From contig JAKQPK010000050.1 of assembly GCA_029564765.1 (NCBI GenBank), positions 82,977-146,976 on the forward strand: DNA of 64,000 nucleotides, read 5' to 3'. Below are positions 10,347 through 20,600 of the stretch, piece after piece. The position numbers and the translations under genes are program-made. Source of the DNA: Candidatus Omnitrophota bacterium. Its GTDB lineage: Bacteria > Omnitrophota > Gorgyraeia > Zapsychrales > Aceulaceae. Each line of letters opens with the position of its first letter. The stretch's first letter is position 1. Under the pieces are notes generated by a model. That model worked only from the letters and a program-made list of their open reading frames with translations. It was not told where the DNA came from and made no database searches.

Positions 10347-10517
10347 TTACTTCTTGAGCTTTGCGGCTTGGTCCTTGGAAAGGACTCTCCAGCACTCGTG
10401 GCCGCCCTTGGGCGATTTGGTGACGGCAAAGAAGCGTCCGCTTTTTTCTCTGACTTCATAATCTGAGGTGCTAAACTTACCCTTTGTCTTCACATCGTAA
10501 AATGACAGCTCTTCCAT
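10347..10517 (-). CDS. 56-aa basic protein resembling crenarchaeal chromatin protein CC1 (not in ORF track)
   Basis: MEELSFYDVKTKGKFSTSDYEVREKSGRFFAVTKSPKGGHECWRVLSKDQAAKLKK; AAAGGAG RBS 6 nt upstream of ATG; dedicated promoter. Confidence 0.82.
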   Translation of the reverse strand: MEELSFYDVKTKGKFSTSDYEVREKSGRFFAVTKSPKGGHECWRVLSKDQAAKLKK

Positions 10518-10567
10518 CTAAAACTCCTTTCGCTATGAACAAAAATATAAATGCGTTATTGAAATTA

Positions 10568-10596
10568 AGTCTATCGGATATTCTTCCCTTTGTCAA
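10568..10596 (-). promoter_or_regulatory. Sigma70-like promoter for the CC1-like gene (and probably rsfS-argS-recJ)
   Basis: TTGACA-17 nt-TAGACT on the minus strand. Confidence 0.7.
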
Positions 10597-10717
10597 ATCA
10601 AAATCTTCCAAAAATTTCCTAAAATCCATGAGAAATGAAATGTTGGATCCTCTTTACTTTTTAAAAGAGAGTAGTATGATAAAAATAAATTACTAACCTT
10701 TTTGATAAGAACACGCA

Positions 10718-11287
10718 ATGAAAAAATTAGGAATTATTTTATTGGTTTTAGGGGCTGCGGTGCTTGCTCAAGCCCAAGCTTTTGCTGAGACAGAAGAAGT
10801 AATTCTTGAGGACACAATCCTAAAACTAGAGCAGATTTATTCAGGGCAAATCGGGTATTACGGTGGGAGTGGATTTATCTACCCGACACCAGGGATGAGT
10901 TGCCCAAAAAATGTTTGCTGGCAAGGTCAAATGCTCTCTTCGTTAAACGATCCTGGTAGCTCCAATCAAGACCTTATCGACGTTTTAAGATTCACAAATC
11001 CGGAAAATTGCCCCAACGATTTATCTATTGATACCGAAGGTAACGGCGATGTTCGTTTCCGCTGCCGCAGACAAGGAGCAAACCCTGCTGATGTCTGGTG
11101 TTTTGCTTATCGATGTGAACAAACTTCTCCTGCAGGATGCAAACAATTATGGAGGCTACGTTTTAAGGTCAAGCTTTATCCTCCCTGGCCGCCCATCTCG
11201 TCTCTAGACTGTTTTGATATTCAAAACACAGGAGTTTGTGATGATGCACCGTCGACCATACAAATATGGATGAGCAGCTGCTACTAA
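10718..11287 (+). CDS. Secreted cysteine-rich hypothetical protein
   Basis: Sec signal peptide ending AFA; 10 Cys in the mature part; lone plus-strand gene in this stretch. Confidence 0.75.
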   Translation: MKKLGIILLVLGAAVLAQAQAFAETEEVILEDTILKLEQIYSGQIGYYGGSGFIYPTPGMSCPKNVCWQGQMLSSLNDPGSSNQDLIDVLRFTNPENCPNDLSIDTEGNGDVRFRCRRQGANPADVWCFAYRCEQTSPAGCKQLWRLRFKVKLYPPWPPISSLDCFDIQNTGVCDDAPSTIQIWMSSCY

Positions 11288-11420
11288 TAAATTCTAATAT
11301 TCCTCCTAAACGACTAAACAACAAGCTTCATCGCCTTTTTCTTACCCTACCATTTGTTTCTAGCAAACTTAAACTCATCAGGTCTCTGAGATCAAAAAGA
11401 TTGCGCATCAAGGATGCTTG

Positions 11421-12686
11421 CTAGAGGAAAAACTTACGTATCCGGCCTTCCTGCTCTTGGGTCACGGGGCCGACTAACGCGAAGTTATATCTTTGGATCT
11501 GAAAAAAATCTCGGGCCACTTTTTGCACATCGGTAAGCGTGACCTGCTCGATTTTCTTGATCATTGCGCGAAATGTCTCGACCTTATCCGTCGCCACGAT
11601 CGACTCCCCGATCCAAAACATATGTTCTGCCGTATCTTCTAAGCCCAACAAGGTCTGGCCGATCACATAATCCTTGGCACGTGTCAATTCGCTTGACGAA
11701 ACTGCTGTCCGGCTGATCCTGGCAAGCTCCTTAAGAATAACGTCCACGGCTTCGACGACTTTTTCATTATGAACACCGCCACGGACCACAAAAGCCCCTG
11801 TATCCTTGAACAACTTCATCCCTGAAGATATCGAGTAAGCTAATCCTCTTTTTTCTCTTACTTCATTAAAAAGACGACTCGACATGTTGCCGCCTAAAAT
11901 AACATTCAAAACTCCTGCCGCGTAACGATCCGGATGCTGACGATGAAGCCCCAAGGACCCCAAGGCGATATGCATCTGCTCGATCGCTTTTGGGAAGATC
12001 TTTATTTTTGGTTTTTGCTGCTGATTCGTTGCCGGGGCGCATGCAATATCACGCTCTTGCGTAAGAGGGCTGAATTTTTTGCTTGTCAACCGCCGTAATT
12101 TTTCATGCGAAATATTTCCACAAGCGGATACCACGATATTTGAAGGCACATAAAAATAGCGATGAAACTGACGCAGATCATGATAGCTCATCTGGCCCAC
12201 AGATTCCAAATTCCCAGCGATGTTCTGCCCCAGAGGATGCTGCGTCCACAGCAACCCTTCCAAGAAATCCATGACCAAATGCTGCGGCAGATCATGATAC
12301 ATCTTGATCTCTTCTAAAATGACACCACGCTCTTTGTTGACATCTTTTTTGCTGATCACAGGCTGTAAGATCATGTCCGACAAGATGTCAAATGTTTTCT
12401 GGGCGTGCCGGGTTGGCACTTTCGCAAAATAACAGGTGCATTCTTCAGAGGTAAAAGCATTAAGAGACCCGCCAACGCCCTCGATCTCTTCTTTGATCGC
12501 GCGGCAAGAATAATTCTTTGTACCCTTAAAAACAATATGCTCTAAAAAATGAGCCGCGCCTTTGATCCTGGCCTCCTCATACCGACCGCCCACGCCAGCC
12601 CAAACGCCGATCGCCACACTATCCCGATCTTTCATCGTATGGCTGATAATACGCAATTTATTGTTCAGTTCTGATCGTTCATACAT
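11421..12686 (-). CDS. M16-family zinc metallopeptidase
   Basis: HFLEH (HxxEH), LNAFTS.E.T, SSRLFNEVREKRGLAY; start moved to MYERS. Confidence 0.93.
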   Translation of the reverse strand: MYERSELNNKLRIISHTMKDRDSVAIGVWAGVGGRYEEARIKGAAHFLEHIVFKGTKNYSCRAIKEEIEGVGGSLNAFTSEECTCYFAKVPTRHAQKTFDILSDMILQPVISKKDVNKERGVILEEIKMYHDLPQHLVMDFLEGLLWTQHPLGQNIAGNLESVGQMSYHDLRQFHRYFYVPSNIVVSACGNISHEKLRRLTSKKFSPLTQERDIACAPATNQQQKPKIKIFPKAIEQMHIALGSLGLHRQHPDRYAAGVLNVILGGNMSSRLFNEVREKRGLAYSISSGMKLFKDTGAFVVRGGVHNEKVVEAVDVILKELARISRTAVSSSELTRAKDYVIGQTLLGLEDTAEHMFWIGESIVATDKVETFRAMIKKIEQVTLTDVQKVARDFFQIQRYNFALVGPVTQEQEGRIRKFFL

Positions 12687-13470
12687 AGCGCGATAGACTC
12701 CTAACGAATTTTGCCACACAAGCGACAAGATTCTTTTTGTTTTTATTTTTTAGAATCTCTTTCACGATCGCGCTACCAACGATCACGCCGTCGGCGTACC
12801 GCGCGATTTCCCTTACTTGTGCCGGCGTGGAAATACCAAAACCGACACATATTGGCTTTGTGCTTTTGCGCTGAAACGCTTTTAACGCTGCCCTTAAAGC
12901 CTTAGGTAATGCAGTCCGTGCCCCGGTAACTCCCGCAACCGAAACGTAATAAATAAAACCTGTTGAACTTTTGTTAATCAAGGCAACGCGTGTGAAATCG
13001 GTTGTCGGTGCTAAAAAGAAAATGGTTGCTAAATTCACGCGGCGCGCTTGCGCGATCAGGGTCTTGGCTTCTTCCGGTGGTAAATCCGGAATAATGAGAC
13101 CATCCACACCCGCGCGAACAGCTTGCGCAACAAACTCCTTTTCCCCAAAATGAAAAACCGGATTATAGTAGGTCATCAGGCAAATCGGGAGTTCGGTCGT
13201 CGCGCGTAAACGCTTAACGAGCGCGAGGATCTTTTTTAAAGTCACACCCTGAGCTATCGCACGCTGCGACGCTGCCTGGATCGTCGGGCCATCGGCTAAA
13301 GGATCCGAGAACGGAACGCCCAGCTCCACGATATCCACGCCAGATCTTTCAAAAGCCAGGACCAATTTTTCTGTTGTTGTCAGGTCCGGATCACCGGCTG
13401 TGATAAAGGCAATGAAGGCCTTCTTTTTGTTTCTTTTAAGTTGAGAAAATTTTTGATCGATACGGTTCAT
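12679..13470 (-). CDS. trpA: Tryptophan synthase alpha
   Basis: ELGVPFSDPLADGPTIQ, MTYYNP, GVTG, VGFGIS, GVIVGSA. Confidence 0.98.
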   Translation of the reverse strand: MNRIDQKFSQLKRNKKKAFIAFITAGDPDLTTTEKLVLAFERSGVDIVELGVPFSDPLADGPTIQAASQRAIAQGVTLKKILALVKRLRATTELPICLMTYYNPVFHFGEKEFVAQAVRAGVDGLIIPDLPPEEAKTLIAQARRVNLATIFFLAPTTDFTRVALINKSSTGFIYYVSVAGVTGARTALPKALRAALKAFQRKSTKPICVGFGISTPAQVREIARYADGVIVGSAIVKEILKNKNKKNLVACVAKFVRSLSRYV

Positions 13471-13476
13471 AAATTT

Positions 13477-13691
13477 AATTCAAAAGTCAAAATTCAAAAG
13501 TCAAAACGAAAAGATTTCAGAAGCTAAAATTCAAAAGTATGAAGATTTTTTGAGCTTAAAAACGCAACGAATGCAATGGGCTCAATGAACTAAAATTATA
13601 TCTCATTCTACGCTTTAATACACAATGTTTTGATTTTTGGTTTAATAAATCAACCTTCTGCTTTGAATTTTTATTTTTGAATCTTGACTTT
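13477..13691. repeat. Inverted heptamer-array element (TCAAAAN)n...(NTTTTGA)n between trpB and trpA
   Basis: Left arm TCAAAAG TCAAAAT TCAAAAG TCAAAAC; right arm CTTTGAA TTTTTAT TTTTGAA TCTTGAC; ends shared with 16867-17139. Confidence 0.8.
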
Positions 13692-14868
13692 AAATAATGT
13701 CCTTTATTGACTGCACATCCTTGTCCCCTCGCCCGGAAAGACACACGATCACGGTCGAATTCTTTTTAGCACGCTTAGCAAGTTTTTCCAAATAACCGAT
13801 CGCGTGCGAGGATTCCATCGCGGGGATAATCCCTTCGGTCTTGCACAAAAGCTTCATCCCGGCAATAGCTTCCTTGTCATCGACAGCAACATATTCCGCA
13901 CGCTTGATCTTTTTGTAATAAGAATGTTCTGGCCCAACGCCTGGATAATCCAGCCCCGCGGCGATCGAATGCGCCACCCGCACCTGGCCGTCACTATCTT
14001 GTAACAGATCGCTCTTGCTGCCATGAAGGACACCGGCTGTCCCACGATTCAACGGCGCGGAATGCTTGAGCGTATCAAGCCCTAGACCTGCCGCTTCCAC
14101 ACCGATCATCTTTACGTTCTTATCCGAGAAAAACGCGTGAAAAAGCCCCATCGAATTACTGCCGCCGCCAACGCACGCCAAAAGATAGTCCGGCAAACGT
14201 TTTTCTGCCTGCGCAAACTGCCTCTTGGCTTCTTGTCCGATCACAGATTGGAATTCACGCACCATCACGGGATAAGGATGTGGCCCAGCCACAGAACCGA
14301 TCACATAAAATGTGTTCGCCACATTCGTTACCCAATCACGGATCGCTTCGTTCATTGCGTCTTTTAAGGTCTTTGAACCGCTTGTGACAGGAACAACCCT
14401 GGCTCCTAAGAGTTTCATACGGTAAACATTCAACGATTGACGCTCAATATCTTCCGCGCCCATATAAATATCGCAGCGAAGCCCAAAAAGCGCTGCCACT
14501 GTCGCGGTCGCCACGCCATGCTGGCCGGCACCGGTCTCCGCGATGATCCGCGTCTTGCCCATACGCTTGGCGATCAGGATCTGACCTAAGGTATTGTTGA
14601 TCTTGTGGGATCCGGTATGCAAAAGATCTTCACGTTTAAGATAAACCTTGAGTGTCTTCAGTTGCGCGCTTAAGCGCTTGGCCAGATAAAGATTGGTCGG
14701 CCTGCCGGCGTATTCCTGCAAATAAAAGCGAAATTCTCGCTGGAATGCTGCGTCTTTGCGCAGGCGAACGAACACGCGCTCAAGATCCGCCAAAAGCGTC
14801 ATGAGCGTTTCTGGTACATAACGCCCGCCGAACTCATCAAAATGGCCAAATTTATCGGGTTTTGTCAT
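13690..14868 (-). CDS. trpB: Tryptophan synthase beta
   Basis: [48 protein letters not shown]. Confidence 0.98.
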   Translation of the reverse strand: MTKPDKFGHFDEFGGRYVPETLMTLLADLERVFVRLRKDAAFQREFRFYLQEYAGRPTNLYLAKRLSAQLKTLKVYLKREDLLHTGSHKINNTLGQILIAKRMGKTRIIAETGAGQHGVATATVAALFGLRCDIYMGAEDIERQSLNVYRMKLLGARVVPVTSGSKTLKDAMNEAIRDWVTNVANTFYVIGSVAGPHPYPVMVREFQSVIGQEAKRQFAQAEKRLPDYLLACVGGGSNSMGLFHAFFSDKNVKMIGVEAAGLGLDTLKHSAPLNRGTAGVLHGSKSDLLQDSDGQVRVAHSIAAGLDYPGVGPEHSYYKKIKRAEYVAVDDKEAIAGMKLLCKTEGIIPAMESSHAIGYLEKLAKRAKKNSTVIVCLSGRGDKDVQSIKDII

Positions 14869-14876
14869 ATATAGTT

Positions 14877-14956
14877 TAAAGGGTTAAAGGATTTGAGGAT
14901 TTGAGGATTAAAGGGCTCTCCCTTTTCCCCTATAATCCTTTACCCCTCTACCCCTA
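14877..14956. repeat. Inverted octamer-array hairpin (TAAAGGRT)n...(AYCCTYTA)n
   Basis: TAAAGGGT TAAAGGAT TTGAGGAT TTGAGGAT TAAAGGGC followed by complementary CCCCTATAATCCTTTACCCCTCTACCCCTA. Confidence 0.75.
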
Positions 14957-15745
14957 CTTTTTCTTATATTCCGTCATGATCATACTTGTGCCGCCGATCA
15001 TCGCAGGCTTGTCAATGCGCAACGGTAATCGATCTGGGCTGTCGTCGAACCAAAGCCGATATTGCGAAGGCACGGTTTCAAGAAAAAAGGTTTGAAAATC
15101 TTTACCAGCCACGGATAGTGGCATCTTTTTAGCGATCCTGACCGACACATCCTTTGTCGGTAGATTCATCCGCAAAGATGATCCTAAGCGAAAACTGCCT
15201 TTCAACCGATACCGATAAATAAAACAATAGATATTATCAATCTTATCTTCTTTGGTCAATACAAGAACCTGCGGTTGCGGCTTGGCCTTTGTTGTTTTCG
15301 TAATTGTCACCGTATGCTGATCCTGATCGTAAACTTCAACGATCTTTTCGATCGACCCAAAAATATTCAGATCTCTTTCGATGCGCAACGGAAAGAACTC
15401 CTCATGATCCGCGTAGATCTTTTCGGCGTCTAGAAAGTTCGATCCTTGAGCCTGAAAAAGGATCAGATAAGCTTCCCGCCCATCGATCGTAGTCCGGCCC
15501 TGCAATGTCATAGTCGCATCGGCCTGCTTAACGCCAAGGCCGCGCACATCATAGCGGATCGTTTCGCCGATAAAACGGCCATAGCCTGCGTCCTGGGCAA
15601 AGGCAAAACTTGGGCTAAAAAAAACCAAAAAGCAAGATATAAGGCACAAGCAGGCCAGAAAATACAACCTCCAAAGACCAAAGACTTCTCTTGGCTTGGT
15701 CATTGCTTGGTTGTTGCCTACTGTATCTTGATCATTCATTTCCAT
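14954..15745 (-). CDS. Exported protein, DUF3108-like
   Basis: Signal/TM ending AFA, GETIRYDV, LWFDDSPDRLPLRI; true start may lie downstream. Confidence 0.7.
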   Translation of the reverse strand: MEMNDQDTVGNNQAMTKPREVFGLWRLYFLACLCLISCFLVFFSPSFAFAQDAGYGRFIGETIRYDVRGLGVKQADATMTLQGRTTIDGREAYLILFQAQGSNFLDAEKIYADHEEFFPLRIERDLNIFGSIEKIVEVYDQDQHTVTITKTTKAKPQPQVLVLTKEDKIDNIYCFIYRYRLKGSFRLGSSLRMNLPTKDVSVRIAKKMPLSVAGKDFQTFFLETVPSQYRLWFDDSPDRLPLRIDKPAMIGGTSMIMTEYKKK

Positions 15746-16866
15746 TCTTTCACAAATCTCTCCAACACCTTTGCGCCCTTATACAGCTTCTCAACATGCG
15801 CGTATTCATCGGTCGCATGCGCGGTTTTGCGGCTGCCATAGCCTGTGGCGATCGCCGGGATCTTTTTCTTCTGGAAAAATGTGATCACAGTAGCGCCCTG
15901 ACTGCCCTTAAGCTCCACAGGACATTTGAGCGCGCGGCAGGCGTTGACATAGGTCGAAACCAGCGGATGCTGTTTATCGATCTCATAGGGGTATTGCAGG
16001 TCATCTATGATAATTTTAAAACGTTTCGCGTGTTTTCGTACCAAAGCCTTGATGGCGACCAAAAGTTTCTGCGGGTCCATACCCGGTAAAAATCTCAGGT
16101 CAAAGGAAAGCTCACAGAAATCCGCGACCATATTTACCTTGTCCCCGCCCTTGATCGTCCCAATGTTGATCGTTGGCGGACGTAAAAGCGCATGAGGGTG
16201 ATAAACAAATTTAAAGTTCTTTAATTCTTCAATAATGCCTGTGGCTGCTTCGATCGCGTTTACGCCGTACCACTTGTAAGCGCCGTGCGCTTTCTTGCCA
16301 AAAACTTGAACTCGGGCGTGCATCAAGCCTTTTTGGGCGATGATCGTTGAAAATTCATCAGAATCCAAGATCAAAGCGGCCTTCGGCTTCAGCATCCCTT
16401 TATTGAGCAACGGAACGATCCCCTGTTTGCTGCCAGTCTCCTCATCTACCGTCGCGGCCAAGACCACATCATGCGAAAGTCGAACACCGTCCTCGACTAA
16501 GCTGCGCATCGCCTCCATCGCGCAGGCGAGATTTCCTTTATCGTCCGTGGCCCCTCGACCATAAATACGGCCATTTTTAATTTGCCCGCCAAAAGGATTC
16601 ATGGACCATCCTGTACCTGCGGGAACGGTATCAATGTGCGGTGTCAACAAAAGCGCGTTCTTTGCTGACGCTTTAGATGTCCCTTTTAAAGTCGCGATAA
16701 TGTTGGGACGATCCTTCGCGAAGGTCACGACCTTGACTGCAAGGCCCAAGGAGCGCATATCACGCTCGATAAAACGTGCAAGTGCAAGTTCATTGCCCGG
16801 CGGATTCTCTGAATTAAACCGCAGAACTTTTTGGGTCAACTTAATAAGGCGAGATTTGTTGATCAT
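15736..16866 (-). CDS. M20-family metallohydrolase (DapE/ArgE-like)
   Basis: HIDTVP, YGRGATDDKG, DEETG, GGDKVNMV, AHATDE. Confidence 0.92.
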   Translation of the reverse strand: MINKSRLIKLTQKVLRFNSENPPGNELALARFIERDMRSLGLAVKVVTFAKDRPNIIATLKGTSKASAKNALLLTPHIDTVPAGTGWSMNPFGGQIKNGRIYGRGATDDKGNLACAMEAMRSLVEDGVRLSHDVVLAATVDEETGSKQGIVPLLNKGMLKPKAALILDSDEFSTIIAQKGLMHARVQVFGKKAHGAYKWYGVNAIEAATGIIEELKNFKFVYHPHALLRPPTINIGTIKGGDKVNMVADFCELSFDLRFLPGMDPQKLLVAIKALVRKHAKRFKIIIDDLQYPYEIDKQHPLVSTYVNACRALKCPVELKGSQGATVITFFQKKKIPAIATGYGSRKTAHATDEYAHVEKLYKGAKVLERFVKEWK

Positions 16867-17139
16867 GATAAGTCAAAATTCAAAAGTCAAAAGTTTAGGA
16901 TTGAACAACAAAAATCAAAACTCAAAAATTTAAGATTAAAATCAGAATGCAAAAACTAAAACAACGGTACCAGAATTCATGCTGATAGCTAAAAAATTTT
17001 TTATAGGATTTCTTGAATATACTTGCCTGATTCTTTTTATTTCAGGGTTCTTGATATGCTGTACTTTTAATTTTTGACTTTAAAAAATCAGCCCTGTGGT
17101 CTTTAATTTTGACCTTTGAATTTTGAATCTTGACTTATC
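16867..17139. repeat. Inverted heptamer-array element with ~27-bp imperfect terminal inverted repeat
   Basis: Left GATAAGTCAAAATTCAAAAGTCAAAAG vs reverse complement of right GATAAGTCAAGATTCAAAATTCAAAGG (3 mismatches). Confidence 0.82.
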
Positions 17140-17444
17140 TAGTCCTTAAATAAATCCTCAGCCCGCAAAGCGCCCGTGGCTTTCTTATAGTCATCATAAT
17201 CTAGAACGCACATGCCTGGATTTTGCTCAATGATCCTGATGATCTTTGGCATATTACCTATCAAGCTGCGAAAGGTGATATATTTAAACGGTGTTTTACA
17301 TTCCGGGCAGACGGTAGAATCAAGCTTTAAGCCCATAGCATTACACTTAGAGCAATTGGCGGTCAGATCGCCGCACAAAAGCGCGTGGCTTTTGACCTCT
17401 TCCACATAAAATTTTTTATAAATTCTAATCACTTTATCGTTCAT
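17139..17444 (-). CDS. Small zinc-ribbon hypothetical protein
   Basis: CSKC...CPEC motif, 101 aa. Confidence 0.75.
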   Translation of the reverse strand: MNDKVIRIYKKFYVEEVKSHALLCGDLTANCSKCNAMGLKLDSTVCPECKTPFKYITFRSLIGNMPKIIRIIEQNPGMCVLDYDDYKKATGALRAEDLFKD

Positions 17445-17472
17445 AGATGAAAAATTATAACATAAAATATAT

Positions 17473-17612
17473 TAAGTTGTAAGCTGTAAGTTATAAGTTG
17501 TCCGTTGCCAGCAAAAAGGGCCCCGCAGAAATCCTGCGGGGCCCTTCTCACACCCCTATCATTGACATCTTACATCTGACACCTTACATCTTATGCCTTC
17601 TATATCTTACAA
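17473..17612. repeat. Inverted heptamer arrays (TAAGTTG)n...(CATCTTA)n enclosing the terminator
   Basis: TAAGTTG TAAGCTG TAAGTTA TAAGTTG ... CATCTTA CATCTGA CACCTTA CATCTTA. Confidence 0.7.
17513..17546 (-). terminator. Intrinsic terminator of the giant gene
   Basis: 13-bp perfect stem AAGGGCCCCGCAG/CTGCGGGGCCCTT with T-tract on the minus strand. Confidence 0.88.
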
Positions 17613-20600
17613 CAAGCCCACCTGCGCGTACTCCTCGGCAGGCAAAGCAGGTTCTGCGGGCCGGCCGATAAGTTCTCGATTATCAGAGCCTCTCACCTTG
17701 TTGCTGGGCGTTCCCGCATCCAAGCCGGAGAGCAAAAACAAACTCGCCACAGGCGTGATACCCATGATCTCAAAGGTAAAGCCTTGAATATTCATCAGCT
17801 CTGGCGGCTGCTGCGATATCGGCAAAGGAATTCCGTTTCCGTCACGCTTGATCTGCAGATCCAGCGTCTTAGAATCCATGCTGATACCGCCGAGGTTGGA
17901 GGAAGATTTTCTTTGTTTTTCCAAAACAAAATTATAAATATCCCCAATATTAACCTCATCATACTCTTGTATCTCCATGGACTCCTTAGGAATGATCTGA
18001 GCATGGTTCGGAAGAAGCCGCGAATTAATATCCACGATCATGCGAGCGATCTCGACTGAAGTCATCTTTAAATCATCTCTTAGCTTTGTCGCCAACGTGA
18101 CATTATCTGTTTTTACAACAGAGAATTGTTTTATGATACTAATAACATTTTCAAGCATCTTATCGCTCGTGGTTATAGTTTTTAAAAGAAAATCTAAGCT
18201 TGTTATGCTTCGATGCTGATTCAATCCTGCGATCCGAAATTCTTTTCGTATTGAATTAGGGTGGCTCACACGAACTGTCATTAGGCCAGAGATGTTCTGA
18301 TAAAATAAAACATGGGCCTGCTCGTGATCATCCTGCTTACTATTATAGAACACCAAAAGAACACCATTGACATCCTTGTTGATGTTATCTTCATCTGTGA
18401 TCTGTGTTAACTCGTCTTTAAATGAATCGAGGTCGGCATACTCGTCAATGACGTTCTCATTCTTGTCTGGAACCAATTTTACCAACTCATACCCTTCTTC
18501 CCTCGCAAGGTCAACCATATGATCAATAACGGCAAAAAAGTCTTTCCTGGTCAAGCTCGACGACACAACTTCAAGCTTTTCTTTGATCTTAACTTCAACA
18601 TCTTCTTGCCGCTCCCCTCTGTTTCGAACCAAAAAGCCTTTGTCGCCTTCGCCTTGCTCTGTTTTTCTAACGGCTATCGAAACACCTTTTTCGGTATCAG
18701 TCAAGATAACGACATTCAGCTCTTTTCCCTCTTGCGCATCAAAGGTAAACAAAAGAGAATTGTCCATAGGAGAGTCCGTATCCACCAAATTTTGATGAAA
18801 GATATCCGAACCGTCAAGATCGTAATCCAACCCGTTCCACAAAAAAGACTCGACTTTTTCGCCCATTACATCCTCAACTGCCATGACAGCATCGAGAATG
18901 CTTGCCGTGGGCAAAGACTTGATGATCGTCGACTGAACTCCGTCAAAAGCGAAAGGACTTGTACTTTTCTCGCTCGACCCTGAAGACGTTGTGACTGCGT
19001 CCATAGCCTTAAGCACGGAAAGAGCCTGGGCCAAAAATTTCTGATCGGGAATATTGAGCTCGTCGCCTAAATCCATAGCCTGGTATGCGTCAACGACCAC
19101 AGAACCATTTTCAAGCTTAAATCTAAGGACATCGCCCCAAACGCGATCATTATAGTGAAATTGCAGGCTTATCTGACGCGTCTTAGGATTTCTAAACGTC
19201 ACACGCTGCGCGTCCATAGCGCTGAGGTTGCCCGACGATCCGCCATCAATATCAACATAATTAAAGCTGACTCTGTCAGCACTAATCTCTTTTTGCAAAG
19301 TATTGGCAAGCTCTTCAATTGAGAAATTCTCCGGAAGAACAGCCTTGACGCCCGATGAAGCACCGATAGGGGCTTTCTTGCTCAGGCTAGAGGAACTTGC
19401 TGTTTTCAAAAAGTTGTCCTCTGAGAGCTCAGAAAGAACAGCCGCCACCTGATCCTTAAGCCTGAGGTCTATGGTCTCGATTTTGACGACCTTTCCCTGC
19501 TGAACTAAAAAATGAATATTGCCCATATTTTTATTCAGTTCGCTAGAAATGGAAAAATCAACAGCTTCAGGATCACTGGTCCTGGAAGCAGCATAATCAA
19601 ATTGTCGAGCAACGGCATAATAGCCGATCTTAAAATCAAGCGTTCGCAGGCCAATCTTTTCGCCTAATTTCTCAAGGAATACGCGCAAATCATTACTGAT
19701 CTCTGTTAATTTAAAATCCTTGATGTTTCTTTTTCCTGTGCTCGATTCGCTTTTGACAATTTCTTCGTTATTCTCTATCTTCACCGTTGATGAGAAATTC
19801 TCCGATAAAAACCTCCCGAGATCCGGGACAATTGTTTGCTTAGCGAGCTCCAGAAGTTCAAGATCTTCATTCGGCGTTGCGCCATAAACAGGGGCTGACT
19901 TTGCCCTGATCTCAACACTGCCATCTGGCTGACGCTCAAAGCTTACGACCCAATAAGGTTTAAATCGTTCATATGTCTTCGTAAACTTTATTGTTATTAA
20001 CCCGTTAAAACCACCAAAATTACCCTCGCCTAGTCGTGGGCTGTATATAATCTCGTCTGTTCCCAGATAGTTCTCAATAGTATTAGAAAAATCTCTAAAT
20101 AAATCTTCGATAACGTCCGAAGCCTTCTGACTCATGGCGGTTGGTGTTTCATCAAGCGGCTCGCTCCTTGCCATTGACAAAAAATGTCCCGCAGGAAGAT
20201 TTTGGCGGATCCGGTCGATATCCTCTTGACCTGCGCCAAGAGTTGCAAATCCAGGCCGGACGCCAACAACTTCCCCTCTCTCAAGATCAATCACGACTCT
20301 ATTGGCTGTCCACAAGATTTCAATAGATTGCATGTCTGATTTCTCCTGAACCAAGCCATCTAAAGCATGAGCAACTTCTTCTCTGCTTTCACGGATCTGT
20401 TTGGTGGAGTAAAAATAATAAAAGCTTACCCCATCAAAAATATTTACTGCGCGCAACTCCCTGACACCCAGCTGATCAAGAAATTCAAGGAGCTGATGTC
20501 TGAATTCTCCTGGCATTAATTCGCTTAATTTAGCCGGCGCTGTCGCCTGCGGCGCATCAACAACCCCAGGCTCCTGACTCATGGACTTTAAGATATCTGT

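Noticed and set aside
10295-10459. Alternative 54-aa minus-strand ORF (MKSEKKADAS...)
   Set aside because: It overlaps the CC1-like ORF in another frame, lacks an RBS and has no recognisable motif.
13556-13744. 62-aa ORF across the trpB end and hairpin element
   Set aside because: It overlaps trpB out of frame and translates repeat DNA; no four-helix-bundle cargo was seen in any hairpin.
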